Below are positions 35,597 through 58,594 of a DNA stretch of 64,000 bases, piece after piece. Under the pieces are notes generated by a model. The model was not told where the DNA came from. It saw only the letters and a list, made by a program, of their open reading frames with translations, and searched no databases. Within the stretch, counting starts at the first letter, position 1. Each line of letters starts with the position of its first letter. Both the position numbers and the translations under genes were made by a program. Source of the DNA: the human T2T-CHM13v2.0 reference genome, Homo sapiens; the NCBI RefSeq assembly GCF_009914755.1, contig NC_060942.1; one strand, given 5' to 3'.

Positions 35597-36440
35597 GTGT
35601 GATGTTATACAATAAGAAATATATATTTGGTCTTGGTCTGGTTCCTAGCCTAGAACTTCAAAGATCCTTGGAACTCCCTGAGTAATAGAGGTAATAGAGC
35701 ATATTTTGGAATTCATAATAAGTCTCTCAGTCACATCTGAATTTATGCTAATAAAGTGATTCTTGGTAGGCCCCTAGACAACTTCAGGATGGAAGCTGGT
35801 TGCCAGAAGAACCAACTGTGTTGATTAGAGAGTTGGAACTTGCAGCCCCACCCCTGGATGGGTGAGGGGGTGGTGGTGAGGACTGGGTATTGAGATCAGT
35901 TATCAGTGGCCAGTGATGTAATCAGTCATGCCTGTGAAATGGGACCTCCATAAAATCTTCTAAACAGTGGTTTTCAGAGAGATTCTGGGTTGGTGAATGC
36001 ATCCTTATGCTGGGAAGGTGTTGCTTCAACTTCATGGGACAGAAACTCCTATACTTGGAACCCATCTCGGCCTCACCCTTGTGCCTTTTGATTTGGTGGT
36101 TTATTTATATCCTTTATAATAAACTGATAGGCATAAGTAAAGTGTTTCCCTGAGTTTCGGTGAGCCATTCTTGCAAATTATTGAACATGAGGAGGGGGTT
36201 GTGGGAACCCCTATTTATAGCTATTTGGTCAGAAGTACAGGTGGCAATGTGCAGCTTGTGGCTGGTAACTGAAGTGAGGGTAGTCTTGTGGAACTAAGCC
36301 TGTGGAGTCTGACATAAACTCTGGGCAGTTAGTGTCAGAATTGAATTATAGGGCACTCAGTTGGTGTCTGGAAAGTTGGAGAACTGTATTGGTATGGAAA
36401 AACACTTCCACATGTGGTGTCAGAAGTGTTGTTAGAAAAC
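35597..36440 (+). mobile_element. MER21 (B/C) LTR
   Basis: tgtgatgttatacaataagaaatatatatttggtc...ggtgtcagaagtgttg. Confidence 0.75.
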
Positions 36441-37046
36441 AGCTCATGTGGTAACTCTTGTTGAACAGTTTGAGGAACTGCCAAATTGTTTCCCAAAGCG
36501 ACTGCACCATTTTATAATCCAATTCTCCAATTTCTCTACATCTTTGCCAATACTTGCCATTTGCTTTTTTAAATTTTAGCTATCTTGGGGTGAAGTGGTA
36601 TCATGTTGAGGGTTAGATTTTCATTTCCCTGGTGGCTAAGATGTTGAACATCTTTTCATGTGCTCATTGGCCATTTGTATATTCTCTTTGTGGAAATATC
36701 TACTGAAATCCTTTGTCCATTTTTGAATTGTATTGTTGGTTATTGAAAGAGTTCTTTGTATGTTTGGTTACTAAATGTTTATCAGATATATGATTTACAA
36801 ATACTTCTGTTTTCTGGGTTGTCTTTTCACTTTCTTGATAATATACTTTTGATGCATTAAAAGTTTAAATTTTACAGTATAATTTATCTGTTTTTTTTTG
36901 TTTGTTTGTTACACAGGCTTTTGGTGTCATGTCTACATTGCCAAATCCAAGGAATGAAGATTTATTCCATACTTTCTTCTAAGAGTTCTGTGGTTTTAGT
37001 TCTTATATTCAGTTGTTGGTCCACATTTTTATATGGTGTGAGATAG

Positions 37047-37433
<387 letters not shown>

Positions 37434-38288
37434 TGATTGAGTGGTCCTGATATCCTTGTTGAAAAATCAGTTGACCACAAATGTCTGGGTTTTTTCCCCT
37501 GGACTCTTTGTTTGATTCTCATGGTTGATATAGCTATCCTTATGCCAGGTACCATGTGCTGTTTTGATTACTGTGGCTTTGTAGTACATTTTGAAATTGA
37601 GATGTGTGAATTCTTCGACTTTGCTGTTTCCGGTATTTGTTGGCTCTTCAGGGTCCCTTGCAATTCCATATGAAACTGAGGATCCATTTCTGTAAAAAAG
37701 GCCATTGGAATTTTAATAGAGATTGCATTGAATTTGTAAAACATTTTGGGTAGTATTTCTGTTTTAAAAATATTAAGTCCTCCAATCCATTAACAATAGG
37801 ATGTCTTTTCACTTATTTAGTTTGTCTTTAATTTCTTGCACAATATTTGTAGTTATCAGTGTCAAGTCTTTCACTTCCCTGGTTAAATTTATTTCTATTT
37901 TTTTTTTTAGGTGCTGTTGCAAATGAAATTGTTTTTTAAATTTGTTTTTCAATTTGTTTTTCACAATTGTTTTTCACAATTGCCTAGTGTTTAGATATAC
38001 AACTTATTTTCTGTCACCTTATATCGTGTGACTTTGCTGAACTCCTTATTAGTTCCCATAGTTTTCTAGTGTATTCTTTTGAGTTTTGTATATAAGATCA
38101 TGCTGTCTGTAAACAGAGATAGTTTTACCTCTTCTTTTCCTATATGGGTATCTTTTATTTATTTATTTTTCATTCCTAATTGCCCAGGCTAGAACTTCCC
38201 ATACAATGCTAAATGAAAGTGGCAATAACAGACTTCCCTGTCTTGTTCCTTATCTTAGGAGGAAAGCTTCCAGTCTTTTACCATTTAG

Positions 38289-38438
<150 letters not shown>

Positions 38439-39186
38439 TGAGTAGCTGGGTCTACAGGCATGAGCCACTATGCCTGGCTAATTTTTGTATGCTTTGTAGA
38501 GACAGGGTCTCCCTATGTTGCCCAGGCTGGTCTGGAGCTCCTGGGCTCAAGCTTCTGCTTCAGCCTCTCAAAATGCTGGGATTATAGGCATGAGCCACCA
38601 TGCCTGGCAACTGTGGGTTTTTCATTGATACACTGTATCAGTTTAAGGATGTTCCTTATGTTCCCAGTTTGTTGAGTACTTTGTTGAGTGTTTGTCAAGT
38701 GTGTTGCTTAATTATCTACATATTTTTGAAGTTTTCAACATTTTGTCTGTTATCGATTTTCAGTTTCATTTCATTGTGATCAGAGAACATACTTTGTATG
38801 ATTTTAGTCTTTTAAAGTTTATTGAGGCATCTTTTATTGCCTAACATATGATCTGTCCTGAGACTGTTCCATGTGCACTTGAGATGGATTCGTATTACAT
38901 TGTCTTTGGGTGGGGTGTTCTATAGATGTCTGATAGATCTAGTTGCTTTATAGTGTTGTTCAAGTCTTCTTTTTCATTGTTGATCTTTTCTCTAGTCTAT
39001 CCATTATTGAAAGTGAAGTATTGGGAGTCTCCGTTTATCATTGAACTGCCTCTTCGCCTCTCACTTCTGTCAGTTTTTGTTTTGTATCTTTTGGAGGCTC
39101 TGTTGTTATGTGCAGTGTATGTTTACAATTGTTGTATCTTGTTGATGGATTTACCCATTTATCATTATATGATATTTAAGAGATAG

Positions 39187-39558
<372 letters not shown>

Positions 39559-39571
39559 TGAAATCTCTTTT

Positions 39572-39683
39572 TCTTTCTTTCTCTTCCTTCCTTCCTTCCT
39601 TCCTTCCTTCCTTCCTTCCTTCCTTCCTTCCTCCCTCCCTCCCTCCCTCCCTCCCTCCCTTCCTTCCTCCCTTCCTCCCTTCC
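39572..39683. repeat. (TTCC)12(TCCC)7 polypyrimidine microsatellite replacing an Alu tail
   Basis: 12 consecutive TTCC at 39584-39631, then 7 TCCC. Confidence 0.95.
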
Positions 39684-41521
39684 TCGTCTCGCTCTGTCGC
39701 CAGGCTGGAGTGCAGTAGTAGCACGATCTTGGCTCAGTGCAATCTCCGCCTCCCGGGTGCAAGCAATTTTCCTGCCTCAGTCTCCTGAATAGCTGGGAGT
39801 ACAGGCTCGCGCCACCACGCCTGGCTAATTTTTGTATTTTTAGTAGAGACAGGGTTTCACCATGTTGGCCAGGATGGTCTCCATCTCTTGACCTTGTAAT
39901 CCACCCACCTTGGCCTCCCAAAGTGCTGGGATTACAGGTGTGAGCTACTGTGCCCAGCCTGGAATATCTTTTTCTATCTTTTTACTTTCAGCTTATTTCT
40001 GTCTTTGAATCTAAAGTGAGTCTCTGTAGACAGGCTACGATTGCATCTTGTTGTTTTTTAAATCTGTCTGCCAATAACTATCTTTTAATTGAGGAGTTTG
40101 ATTTATTTACATATTACTGATAAGAAAGAACTTCTGCCATATTGCTATTTGTTTTTGATACATCTTTTTTGTTCCTCAATTCTTCCATTGCTGCCTCCTT
40201 TTGTGTTAAATACATACTTTTCATTGTACCATTTTAATTCCTTTATGTTTCATTTGTTATATATTTTCGTAGTAGTTGACCTGGGATTACAATTAACATC
40301 TTAATTTGTAACAATCTAGTTCAGATTAATATCAACTTAATTTTAATAGTGTAGAAAACTTTACTCCTATGTAGTCTTACCCCCTTTATGCCGTTATTGT
40401 CACAATTACATCTTTATACATTGTATGCTCATCAACACTGATTTACAGTGATTGCTTTATGCAGTTATTTAACTCAGATAGGAGAAAGAAGAAATACAAA
40501 CAAAAATACATTTATACTCTTTTTAATATTTACCTACATACTTTTTTTTTTTTTTTTTTTTTTTGCGACAAGGTCTTGCTGTCTTGCCCACACTGGAGTG
40601 CAGTGGCATGATCCTGGCTCACTGCAGCCTTGACCTTCTGGGCTCAAGTGATCCACTTTGGCCTCTGAAACTGTTGGGATTATAGGCATGAGCCATCATG
40701 CCCGACTGTAATTACCTTTACCAGTGTTCTTTATTCATGTGGATTTGAGTATCGTCTAGTTAGTGTTTTTTCAAAGCAGCATGATGGACTCCCTTTAGCG
40801 TATTTTTTTTAACAGGATAGGTCTACTAGCAGTGAGTTCTCTTAGTTTTTCTTAATCTAGGAATATCTTTTCTTTTTCTTTTTTTTTTTTGAGACAGAGT
40901 CTCATCGCTCTGTTGCCCAGGCTGGAGTGCAGTGGCGTGATCTCAGCTCACTGCAACCTCCACTTCATGGGCTTAAGTGATCTTCCCACTTCATCCTTCT
41001 GAGTAGCTGGGACCACAGGTGTGCACCACCACACCCAGCTGATTTTTTTTTTCTTTTTTTGTATTTTTTGTAGAGATGGGATTTTGCCATGTTGCTGAGG
41101 CTGGTCTCGAACTTCTGGGCTCAAGTGATCTGCCTGCCTCAGCCTCCCGTATATCTCTTATGTTCTGTTTTAAGGGATTCTGTATTCTTTCTTTTTTTTT
41201 CCTGATCCTCAGACTGACCTATTTCAATTAACCTATCTTCATGTTCACTGTTTCTTTGTTCTGCCTGCCCAAATAAGCTGTTGAGCCCTTCTAGTGAACT
41301 TTTCATCTAAGTTATTATACTTTTCAATTCTATAATTTCTATTAGATTTTTTAAAAAATTCTCTTTATCAATACTCTCTTTTTGGTGAAACAGAGTTATC
41401 TTGCTTTCCTTCAGTTTTTAAGACATGGTTTCCTTTAGCTTTAGAACATACTTAAAATAGCTGATTTAAAGTTCTTATGTAGTCAGTCTAGTCAGTGTCT
41501 GGGCATCCTTAGGGACAGTTT

Positions 41522-46850
<5,329 letters not shown>

Positions 46851-46999
46851 TAAGTATTTTATTTCAATGTGGCTTGTCTTTTCAATCTTTCAGTCTTAAG
46901 ACTCTTAATTTTTATGTTCACCCTCCCTCTCTTTTTTTTTTCCAGAGCATTAACTAAAGAAACTAAATTGTATATCCTATAGATTTTGCAGCTTGATCT

Positions 47000-48770
47000 G
47001 TGTGATATGAGATATATAGATCTATCTGTTTATCTATCTGTCCATATATGTTTTCATCCAGAATTCCTGGCTCATAACTCCCATAGCCCCTGTTATTTCT
47101 TAAGTGACTTAAACAATAAGCATATCTTTTGTTAAAGTATTTTGCCTTTTGTCTTTGGTTCCTGAAGAAGCTTTGAAACAGCTTCTGAGCAATAAAGGTG
47201 AAAGACAGTCTTTTGTTATAATGTTGGAGTACTTTAGATCTCAGAAGTAGGCCTCAGAAGACAGATCTCTCTCTCTCTGGCCTTCTCCTGGTCTTTGTTC
47301 ACTTGCTCATTTTTCTCCCCAAGGCAGGCCATAGAAACTAAAAACATGCTCTAATCTTCCCCCGGCTTTCTGTCCACAAGCTGGCCATAAAGGAATTCTC
47401 TGACTTACATTGTCTGATTTTAGGTCATAAGACCCCCATTTCAAAATGGATCTTGTCCCATACCATGGAGGAAGCAATGCTGCACAGAGAGGCCAAGAAG
47501 AATCTGAACAAAACAGGCCTTACTGGGTTTCCCCACTCAATCTATTAGTATTAGATTATACCCTTTTTGTTCAGTCGCATTTCTGCATGTTTGTCCATAC
47601 TTCAACATGCCTATCCAATGAAGTCTCCATCAAAAATTTAAGAAGATGGGGTTCCGAGAGCTTTTTGATTGCAGAACAGGTAGAAGTTCCTGGAGGTTAG
47701 TGTAGCCAGAGAGGGCACGGAAGCTCTGCACTCCTTCCTACATGCCTTGCCCTGTGCATCTCTTCATCTATACCCTTTGTGTATCCTTTATAATAAACTG
47801 AACATAAGTGTAAACCTAAGTGTATTCCTAGGTTCTGTGAGCTGCTCTAGGAAATTAATCAAACCCAAGGCAGGGGTCATGGGAACCATGATTTATAGCT
47901 GGTCCCATCAGAAGTGTTACTGGAAAGATGTCCTGATCAGAACCCAGGATAGGGTTTTTAGACCTCACCCAAGAAGGAATTTGAGGAGAGTCCTTAAAGT
48001 GAAAGCATTAGTTTATTAAGAAAGTAAAGAAAGAAATGAATCGCTACTCCATAGGCAGAGCAGCAGCATGGGCTGCTCGACTGAATATACTTATAGTTAT
48101 TTCCTGATTATGTGCTAAAGAACGGTTAGATTATTCATGAATTTTCCAGAAAAGGAATGGGTAATTCCTGAAACTGAGGGTTCATCCCCTTTTTCGACCA
48201 TATAGGGTAACTTCCTGATGTTGCCATGGCATTTGTAAACTGTCATGATGCTGGTGGGAGTGTCTTTTAGCGTGCTAATGCATTACAGTTAGCCTATAGT
48301 GAGCAGTGAGGATGAGCAGAGGTCACTTTCATAACCATCTTAGTTTCGGTGGGATCTGGCCGGCTTCTTAACCACATCCTGTTTTATCAGCAAGGTCTTT
48401 GTGACCCATATCTTGTGTTGACCTCCAATCTCATCCTGTGATTAAGGATGCCTAACCTCCTGAGAATGCAGCCCAGTTAATCTCAGCCTTATTTTACCCA
48501 GCCCCTATTCAAGATGGAGTTGCTCTGGTTCAAATATCTCTGACGGAAGCACAGGTAAAACAGCCTAGGGCTTGCAATTGGCGTCAGAAGTTGGAGGCGG
48601 GCAGCCTTGGGGACTGAGCCGTCAACCTGTGGAATCTGATGCTACGGATGGTGTCAGAATTAAATTGGAGAACACCCAGCTGGTGTCCACTGCAAAGTTG
48701 ATTGCTTGCTTGGTGGAGTAAACCCCTATATATCATGGTATAAGAGCAGAGAAAAAACTGATTTTCTACA
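47000..48770 (+). mobile_element. MER21(A-like) LTR split by MER41
   Basis: ttcctggctcataactcccatagccc...gtcagaattaaattggagaacacccagctggtgtc. Confidence 0.7.
47915..48545 (-). mobile_element. MER41 (B-like) solo LTR
   Basis: tgttactggaaag...cccctattcaagatggagttgctctggttcaaa; 4-bp TSD GAAG. Confidence 0.9.
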
Positions 48771-48923
48771 TAATCAGATTGTTTTGTTTGTTTATTTTTC
48801 AGGGATAGTGTGTGCATCCATCAAGGAGCTCTTCTCTTTCTATCTCTTGCTCTCTTTTTTTGGTGTTATTAGCAGCCGTTGATGATCATTGCCAGTATCC
48901 ATTTTTATTTATCTATAAAGTGG

Positions 48924-50711
<1,788 letters not shown>

Positions 50712-50724
50712 TATTCATAATATT

Positions 50725-52025
50725 CTTTTTTTTTTTTTTTGAGACAGAGTCTGTCGCGCAGGCTGGAATACAGTGGTATGATCTCATTTCACTGCAGTCT
50801 TGACCTTCTGGGCTCAAGTGATCTGCCCACCTCAGCCTCCCGAGTAGCTGGGATCACAGGTTCACACCACCATGTCCGGTTAATTTTTTGCATTTTTGAT
50901 CGAGACAGGGCTTCGCCATGTTGCCCAGACTGGTCCCGAACTCCTGGGCTCAAGCAGTCTGCCTGCTTTGACCTCCCAAAGTGTTGGGATTACAGGCGTG
51001 AGCCACTGTGCTCCGATATTCTTTCATTTCTTCTTTACTTACTTGCCGTAAGATTTTGATAAAGATAAACTTGGCAGCATTAATACGTCACTTAGGAAAT
51101 TTAGGATAAATGCTCGATTTCTCCCCAACTTTATTAATCAGCTATTCAAAAACTGAGGTGTTCCTCTATATCCTTCAAAGGTGACCAATGAATTTTTATT
51201 TTTTAGTATAATTGTGCACTCATGGATTTAAATATAATTGATGCATTTTAGCTTATTGCAGTTGTTTAATTTTATCGATACTCATATTGTCCCATCTTTG
51301 GCCAGTGGGAGTTTATTCAACTTGACTTCTGAGTCCTTTTAATTCCAAGCATCATTCATGACTTACTACTTTCTTTTGTGACTGATGTTTCTGCCTTATC
51401 TTGTACATATTCTGCTCTTAGACCTGAAATCTACTTAACAGGAACACTTAAAAGTTCCCTTTATTATGTTGTTAGGTTCACACAGCTTAATATGTATTTA
51501 CATCTCAACAACTAAAAAGGGAAAAACAGTTTTTCTGTACTCTCTCACAGCACTTTTGACACCAGAAGTGTGTAGGGATTTCCCATATCAAACAATGATC
51601 CAATTCTTGGCAGGCACTAGGTGTTCTACAACTTAACCTAATGCTGGCAGTGCACTAACCTGAAGTTAATGCAGACCCCACAGGTTAAGGGCTCAGTCTT
51701 ACAAGACTGTCCCCCACTTTAGATATCAATCACAAGTAGTGGGGTCCCCAGGTTACCCACAACCCTATCCCATTTGGCTCCAAATTGGACATTCCCAAGA
51801 CCCCCTCTTCAGGTTTGAGAACTTGCATGAATGGCTCGTAGAACCATGTAAACACTTTACTTACTATTACTGGTTTATTACAAAGCATTTTTTAATTTTT
51901 TAATTTTTAAGATTTTTTAAAATAAATAGAGACGCGGTTTTGCTGTGTTGCCCAGGCTGGCCTCAAAACTCCTGGCCTCAAGCAATCCGCCCATACGGGA
52001 TTACAGGCGTGAGCTAGCGTGCCCG
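50725..52025 (-). mobile_element. AluJ (50725-51015), MER21C-like LTR fragment (~51510-51885), Alu monomer (51900-52025)
   Basis: cagaccccacaggttaagggctcagtc is the MER21 antisense signature. Confidence 0.7.
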
Positions 52026-52039
52026 TATTTCTTATTATA

Positions 52040-52480
52040 TCACAGTATCACAAGAAGTTAATAGCCGTTTGAAAAAATAATACACGTAAGTTGAAAGAGG
52101 AAATAATATTTTTATTTCACTCCTACATAACTAAAATTACTAATGGTTTGTGTGTGCCTGTAGGACAGTGTACAGCTTGTAATACCTTGCAGTCAGATTG
52201 GACATCACTACCCTCATTTCTTGTTCCATGTTGATTTTTACATGGCACTTTTCTTTTTTTGTCACATGACCCCAGAAAACTCAGCTTCACAAGATATATT
52301 GTCAAGAGGAATGCAGTGCTATCTAATGTTGAAACTGAACTACTTTTAGCTAGTATTTTGTGCTGTTTCTGAAAGATGTCCAGTATTGCTGTTTCCCTCA
52401 AATTTAAGATGTCCCGAAACTCCCCTCTGAGTTTGCTTGCGGTGCCCCTGGGTGCTTCAGTGCACTCTTTGGGAATCTTG
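52040..52480. mobile_element. Charlie4-like hAT fragment
   Basis: cagattggacatcactaccctcatttc...gcggtgcccctggg...tttgggaa. Confidence 0.55.
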
Positions 52481-52567
52481 ACTAAATACTATTATCCAGG
52501 TCTTATTATAATCAATGTGTGAATTTTATTTTTATTAAATAAATGTGTTGGTCCCCCCATCACCTCA

Positions 52568-52930
<363 letters not shown>

Positions 52931-52942
52931 TTAATATATGTA

Positions 52943-53175
52943 TAGTTATGTGTCACATAATGTTTCAGTCAGGGATAGACTGCATATACAGAGGTGGTTG
53001 CCTAAGATTATAATACCATAACTGTACTTTTTTCTGTGTGGAGGTATGTTTAGATACCAAGGTGTTACAGTTGCTGACAGTATTCAGTACAGTAACATGC
53101 TGTACAGGTTTGTAGCCTAGGAGTAATAGGCCATACCATATAGCCTAGGTGTATAGTAGGCTCTACCATCCGGGT
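52943..53175. mobile_element. Tigger3/MER7 fragment
   Basis: cagtattcagtacagtaacatgctgtacaggtttgtagcctaggag. Confidence 0.8.
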
Positions 53176-53228
53176 GAAAATAATTTGTTAATTTTCCTAC
53201 TTTCTTGTCATTAATCGTTTTTAAAAAC

Positions 53229-53812
<584 letters not shown>

Positions 53813-55004
53813 TCGATTAATCTTTTAATAGTTGTCGTCAGCATGAAAAGGGCATTCATACATTCATATTCATTATAATGAATTTGAGAATTTCACATTT
53901 TCTAAACTGATTATACCGGCATATCTTGTCTGAAGCATGTGAGTAGGGCAGAAGCTAAAATAAAGATTAAGTCTCACGGTATAGAAGAAGGGTACAGAAA
54001 ATAACCCAAATAAAGAGTAAAATCTTGATTAGAGTACAAGCCTAAACAAAGTTAATAGATATGAAAGGATTAATTATACAGCTACTAAATTGGATAATAA
54101 TTGCTCTGTGGAATGTACATGAGAAATTATTTTTGAGCCTGTATATGTGAGTAGTTTGCATTTAATGGGTCCCGGTCATAAACCTCAAACATATTATCAT
54201 GAGAAGAATTTCACTGTTGATATGAAATCTTTTAAACTTTATCTGCTCAGTCTGAAGGATTATTTCTGTCCCATTTCAGCTTATAAATGTAAAAAAAGAG
54301 AATGTGCTCCTCATATCTAATGAGCTGCTGGTAGACCACACTTCACACATGTTAACTGTTGATGGAGAGATTGAACCTGTCCAGCTTTACACACTGGGAG
54401 AGGACCCTAGGAAGCTGGAGAGGACCTAGGAAGCTGGTGTCTGATTTCCTCTGGACTTCACCCTATGTGCTTCTTCCTTTGCTTTTTTTGTTTTGTATTC
54501 TTTCTCTATGGTAGATCTTAGCTGTGAGTACAAACTATATGCTGAGTTATGTGAATCCTTCTAGCAAATCACCAGTCCTGGGGGGTACAGCCCCCAACAC
54601 AGTAATAAATGACTTAAAAAGGAAAACACTATTCCCTGCCTCATCCTTGCACCTCTCTCAGTCTTAGGTTTTTTTTTTTCTTTTAGGTGTTTCTTTTGCT
54701 ATTTGTTTCCTTTTTTCTAATAATAAACTGCTATTTCTTGAGATACCAGTTTTTGACGTTGTCTATTAACTAGGTATTACGATAGATGAGGGTTTAGGTT
54801 TCTTATACCCTTGCCCTAGTTCCCTGTGTTCAGTCCTCCAATATGACCATTTCACAGTGTGTAAGTCAGTATTCATGTTATCATTATGATAACTAGATAA
54901 ATATTGTATAATACTGAACAGGGGACTACAGATTCTTTTTCCCATCTAACTTTTCTTTCTCCTAGAGTTGATAGTTGTTTCTTATTTTCATTTGCTTTGT
55001 TTAC

Positions 55005-55306
<302 letters not shown>

Positions 55307-55626
55307 TATATGAAAAATTTATCCCCAAAGCTCCAGTGGCTCTTTAACATGTCTTATTGTTGCTTTCCACGTGGTCAGATGTATCTAATTTCCATCATTC
55401 CTTGGAGCTCTTCTTCCTCATGCTTCACTGTGGATTAGTTGGTCACAGATTTGCTTTTATGGGGACTTCCCTTTGCTGCACTCTAGGGTTGAATCTCAAT
55501 CAAGTCTTCCTACTGTTTGTTTACTGCCTTGTTTTTGTAGGAATTATTGAGAAAGTATATTATTGGGATTGTAAATTATTGGGAAAGTAAATTTCTTGAG
55601 ACTATTAGTCTGAAAATGACCTTATT

Positions 55627-56958
55627 TGTTGCGGGAAGTCAGGGACCCCGAACAGAGGGACCACCTGGAGCCATGGCAGAGGAACATAAATTGTGAAGAT
55701 TTCATGGACATTTGTTAGTTCCCAAATAATACTTTTATAATTTCTTATGCCTGTCTTACTTTAATCTCTTAATCCTGTTATCTTTGTAAGCTGAGGATGT
55801 ATGTCACCTCAGGACCACTGTGATAATTGTGTTAACTGTACAAATTGATTGTAAAATGTGTGTTTGAACAATATGAAATCAGTGCACCTTGAAAAAGAAC
55901 AGAGTAGGCCAGACACGGTGGCTCACGCCTGTAATCCCAGCACTTTGGAAGGCCGAGGCAGGCGGATCACGAGGTCAGGAGATTGAGACCATCCTGGCCA
56001 ACATGGTGAAACCCCGTCTCTACTAAAAAAAAATACAAAAAACTAGCCAGGCGTGGTGGCGGGCGCCTGTAGTCCCAGCTACTCAGGAGGCTGAGGCAGG
56101 AGAATGGCATGAACCCTGGGGGACGGAGCTTGCAGTGAGCTGAGATCGCGCCACTGCACTCCAGCCTGGGTGACAGAGCGAGACTCTGTCTCAGAAAACA
56201 ACCAAACAAACCAAAAAAAACAGAGTAACAGTGCTTTTTAGGGAACAAGGGAAGACAACCATAAGGTCTGACTGCCTGTGGGGTTGGGCAAAAGGAGCCA
56301 TATTTTTCTTCTTGCAGAGAGCCTATAAATGGACGTGCAAGTAGGGAAGATATCACTAAATTCATTTCCTAGCAAGGAATATTGACATTAATACTCTGGG
56401 AAAGGAATTCATTCCTGGGGGGAGGTCTATAAACAGCTGCTCTGGGAATGTCTGTCCTATGTGGTTGAGATAAGGACTGACATACGCCCTGGTCTCCTGC
56501 AGTACACTCAGGCTTACTAGGATTGGGAAACTCCATCCTGGTAAATTTTTGGTTAGACCGGTTCTCTGCTCTCGAACCCTGTTTTCTGTTAAGATGTTTA
56601 TCAAGACAATATGTGCACCACTGAACACAGACCCTTATCAGGAGTTCTGATTTTGCCCTTGTCCTGTTTCCTCAGAAGCATGTGATCTTTGTTCTGCCTT
56701 TTGCCCTTTGAAGCATGTGATCTTTGTGACCTACTCCCTGTTTGTACACTCCCTCCCCTTTTGAAATCCTTAATAAAAACTTGCTGGTTTGGAGGCTTAG
56801 GTGGGTATCACGATCCTACTGATATGTGATGTCACCCCTGGCGGCCCAGCTGTAAAATTCCTCTCTTTGTACTCTTTCTCTTTATTTCACGGCCAGCCAA
56901 CACTTATGGAAAATAGAAAGAACCTACGTTGAAATATTGGGGGCGGGTTCCCCCGATA
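55627..56958 (+). mobile_element. MER11 solo LTR (HERV-K11/HML-8) with AluY-like insertion (+, 55907-56220)
   Basis: tgttgcgggaagtcagggacccc...gaaatattgggggcgggttcccccgata; Alu TSD aacagagta; AATAAA at 56772-56777. Confidence 0.9.
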
Positions 56959-58209
56959 CTTAAGTTAACTATACACTTGAATGATTGTTGGAACTAATTT
57001 TCTTTCAGCGTTTGAAGATACTTTAATGTCTTTAAGCTTCCAGTGTTTCTGTTGGCATATTGGTCCTGATCCTGTGAATATAAGCTGCTTCCCCAGCTCC
57101 CTCACCCACAGGACACTTTTTGGTATCATCTTTTTACCCCCAGTGCTCTGAAATTTCATGAGATGCATTGTCACAGTTCTCTTCATTTATCATGAGGGGT
57201 GCTCAGTGGTCCTCTCAAAGGACACTCTTGTACTTAAATTCTGGGACAAATTTATTTCCTTATTGTGGGAAGAACAAGAATGTATTGTGCCTGCAAACAG
57301 TGCTTACAAAATATAACATTTCCAAATAATCTTTTAATACTGGTTAGTGTTCAGTGTATAAGGTATTGATAAGTCAATATTTGGATTCCCTTATACAATT
57401 CTAGATTAGAGAATTTTAATTTACAGATTATTTTTTAAAACTATAAAAGTGAGGAAAGGTTGCTTTTAGTGAACTTAAGGCTGATATTTATTGATAAAGA
57501 ATGTTTACAAAATATTGAATCTGTTTAACTCGTAAACTAGTTAAGCAAGTTATTGTTTTTCTGGAATAGGCCTTTTTATGTTTAGATAGTATCAAGTTTA
57601 ATAAACTAGTAGGTTTATTCTTGAAAGCTAATTTCAGGAGACATTAATTTACTTAATTTCTTTCTTCTCTATTTATATTGCTTTGTCCTCTTGCATGCGT
57701 GACTGATTCTTACTGTGTGTGCTGATTAATATTGGCATAGGAGCAGAAAATACTACTTTAAGAACAATGTATAACCTAGTCCTTCAGAGAAGTGAATGTT
57801 TTTAAACAATTGTTTAGTTAAGTTTGAGTCTAGTTTTGTGAACTTTTTGTCTGTTTCATCTCAGTTGTAACTGTCATAACTGTACTTCTTACTTGAAATA
57901 TTCATTTTCAAATGTACGATTGTTTTTGGTTCTAAAGTAAAATTCTGGATATGTGGTTTTTGCTTTATACTTTTAATACTTTTTGCTATTGCAGAAGTAA
58001 TTTTTTTAATCTTCAGTTCTCTCTAGAGAGATATTGTTCTTTTACACAGGAACCAGCCACATGCTTTCATTTTGGAATGATTGGAAATAGTGATATTGGG
58101 TGTGAATGTAAGCTGATTCCCCAGCTCCCTCACCCACGGGACACTTTTGGTGTCATCTTTTTATCCCCTGTGCTCTGAAATTTCATGAGGTCAGGTCCAT
58201 ATTTGAAAA

Positions 58210-58523
58210 GGAAAGTCCTTTTTCTTTTTTGTTTGTTTTTTGAGACAGGGTCTCTCTCTTTCAGCCAGGCTGGAGTGCAGTGGCACCATCTTGGCTTGCT
58301 GCAACCTCCGCCTCCTGGGTTCAACTGATTCTTGTGCCTCGGCCTTCCAAGAAGCTGGGATTACAGGCATGCATCACCACGCCTGGCTAATTTTTGTGTT
58401 TTTAGTAGGGAAGTGGTTTCACCATGTCGTCCAGGCTGGTCTTGAACTCCTGGCCTCAAGCAGTCCACCTGCCTTTGCTTTCCAAAGCACTAGGATTACA
58501 GGCGTGAGCCACTGTGTCTGGCC
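58210..58523 (-). mobile_element. AluS/J
   Basis: Antisense Alu. Confidence 0.9.
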
Positions 58524-58594
58524 AACATCCATATTTTTTAATGGCTTATGATCACATCTCTGTAAGGCATTCATGGCCCTTTATTTTCCTTCTC

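Noticed and set aside
54397-54436. ggagaggac(c)ctaggaagct repeated twice
   Set aside because: Small slippage duplication within an LTR fragment
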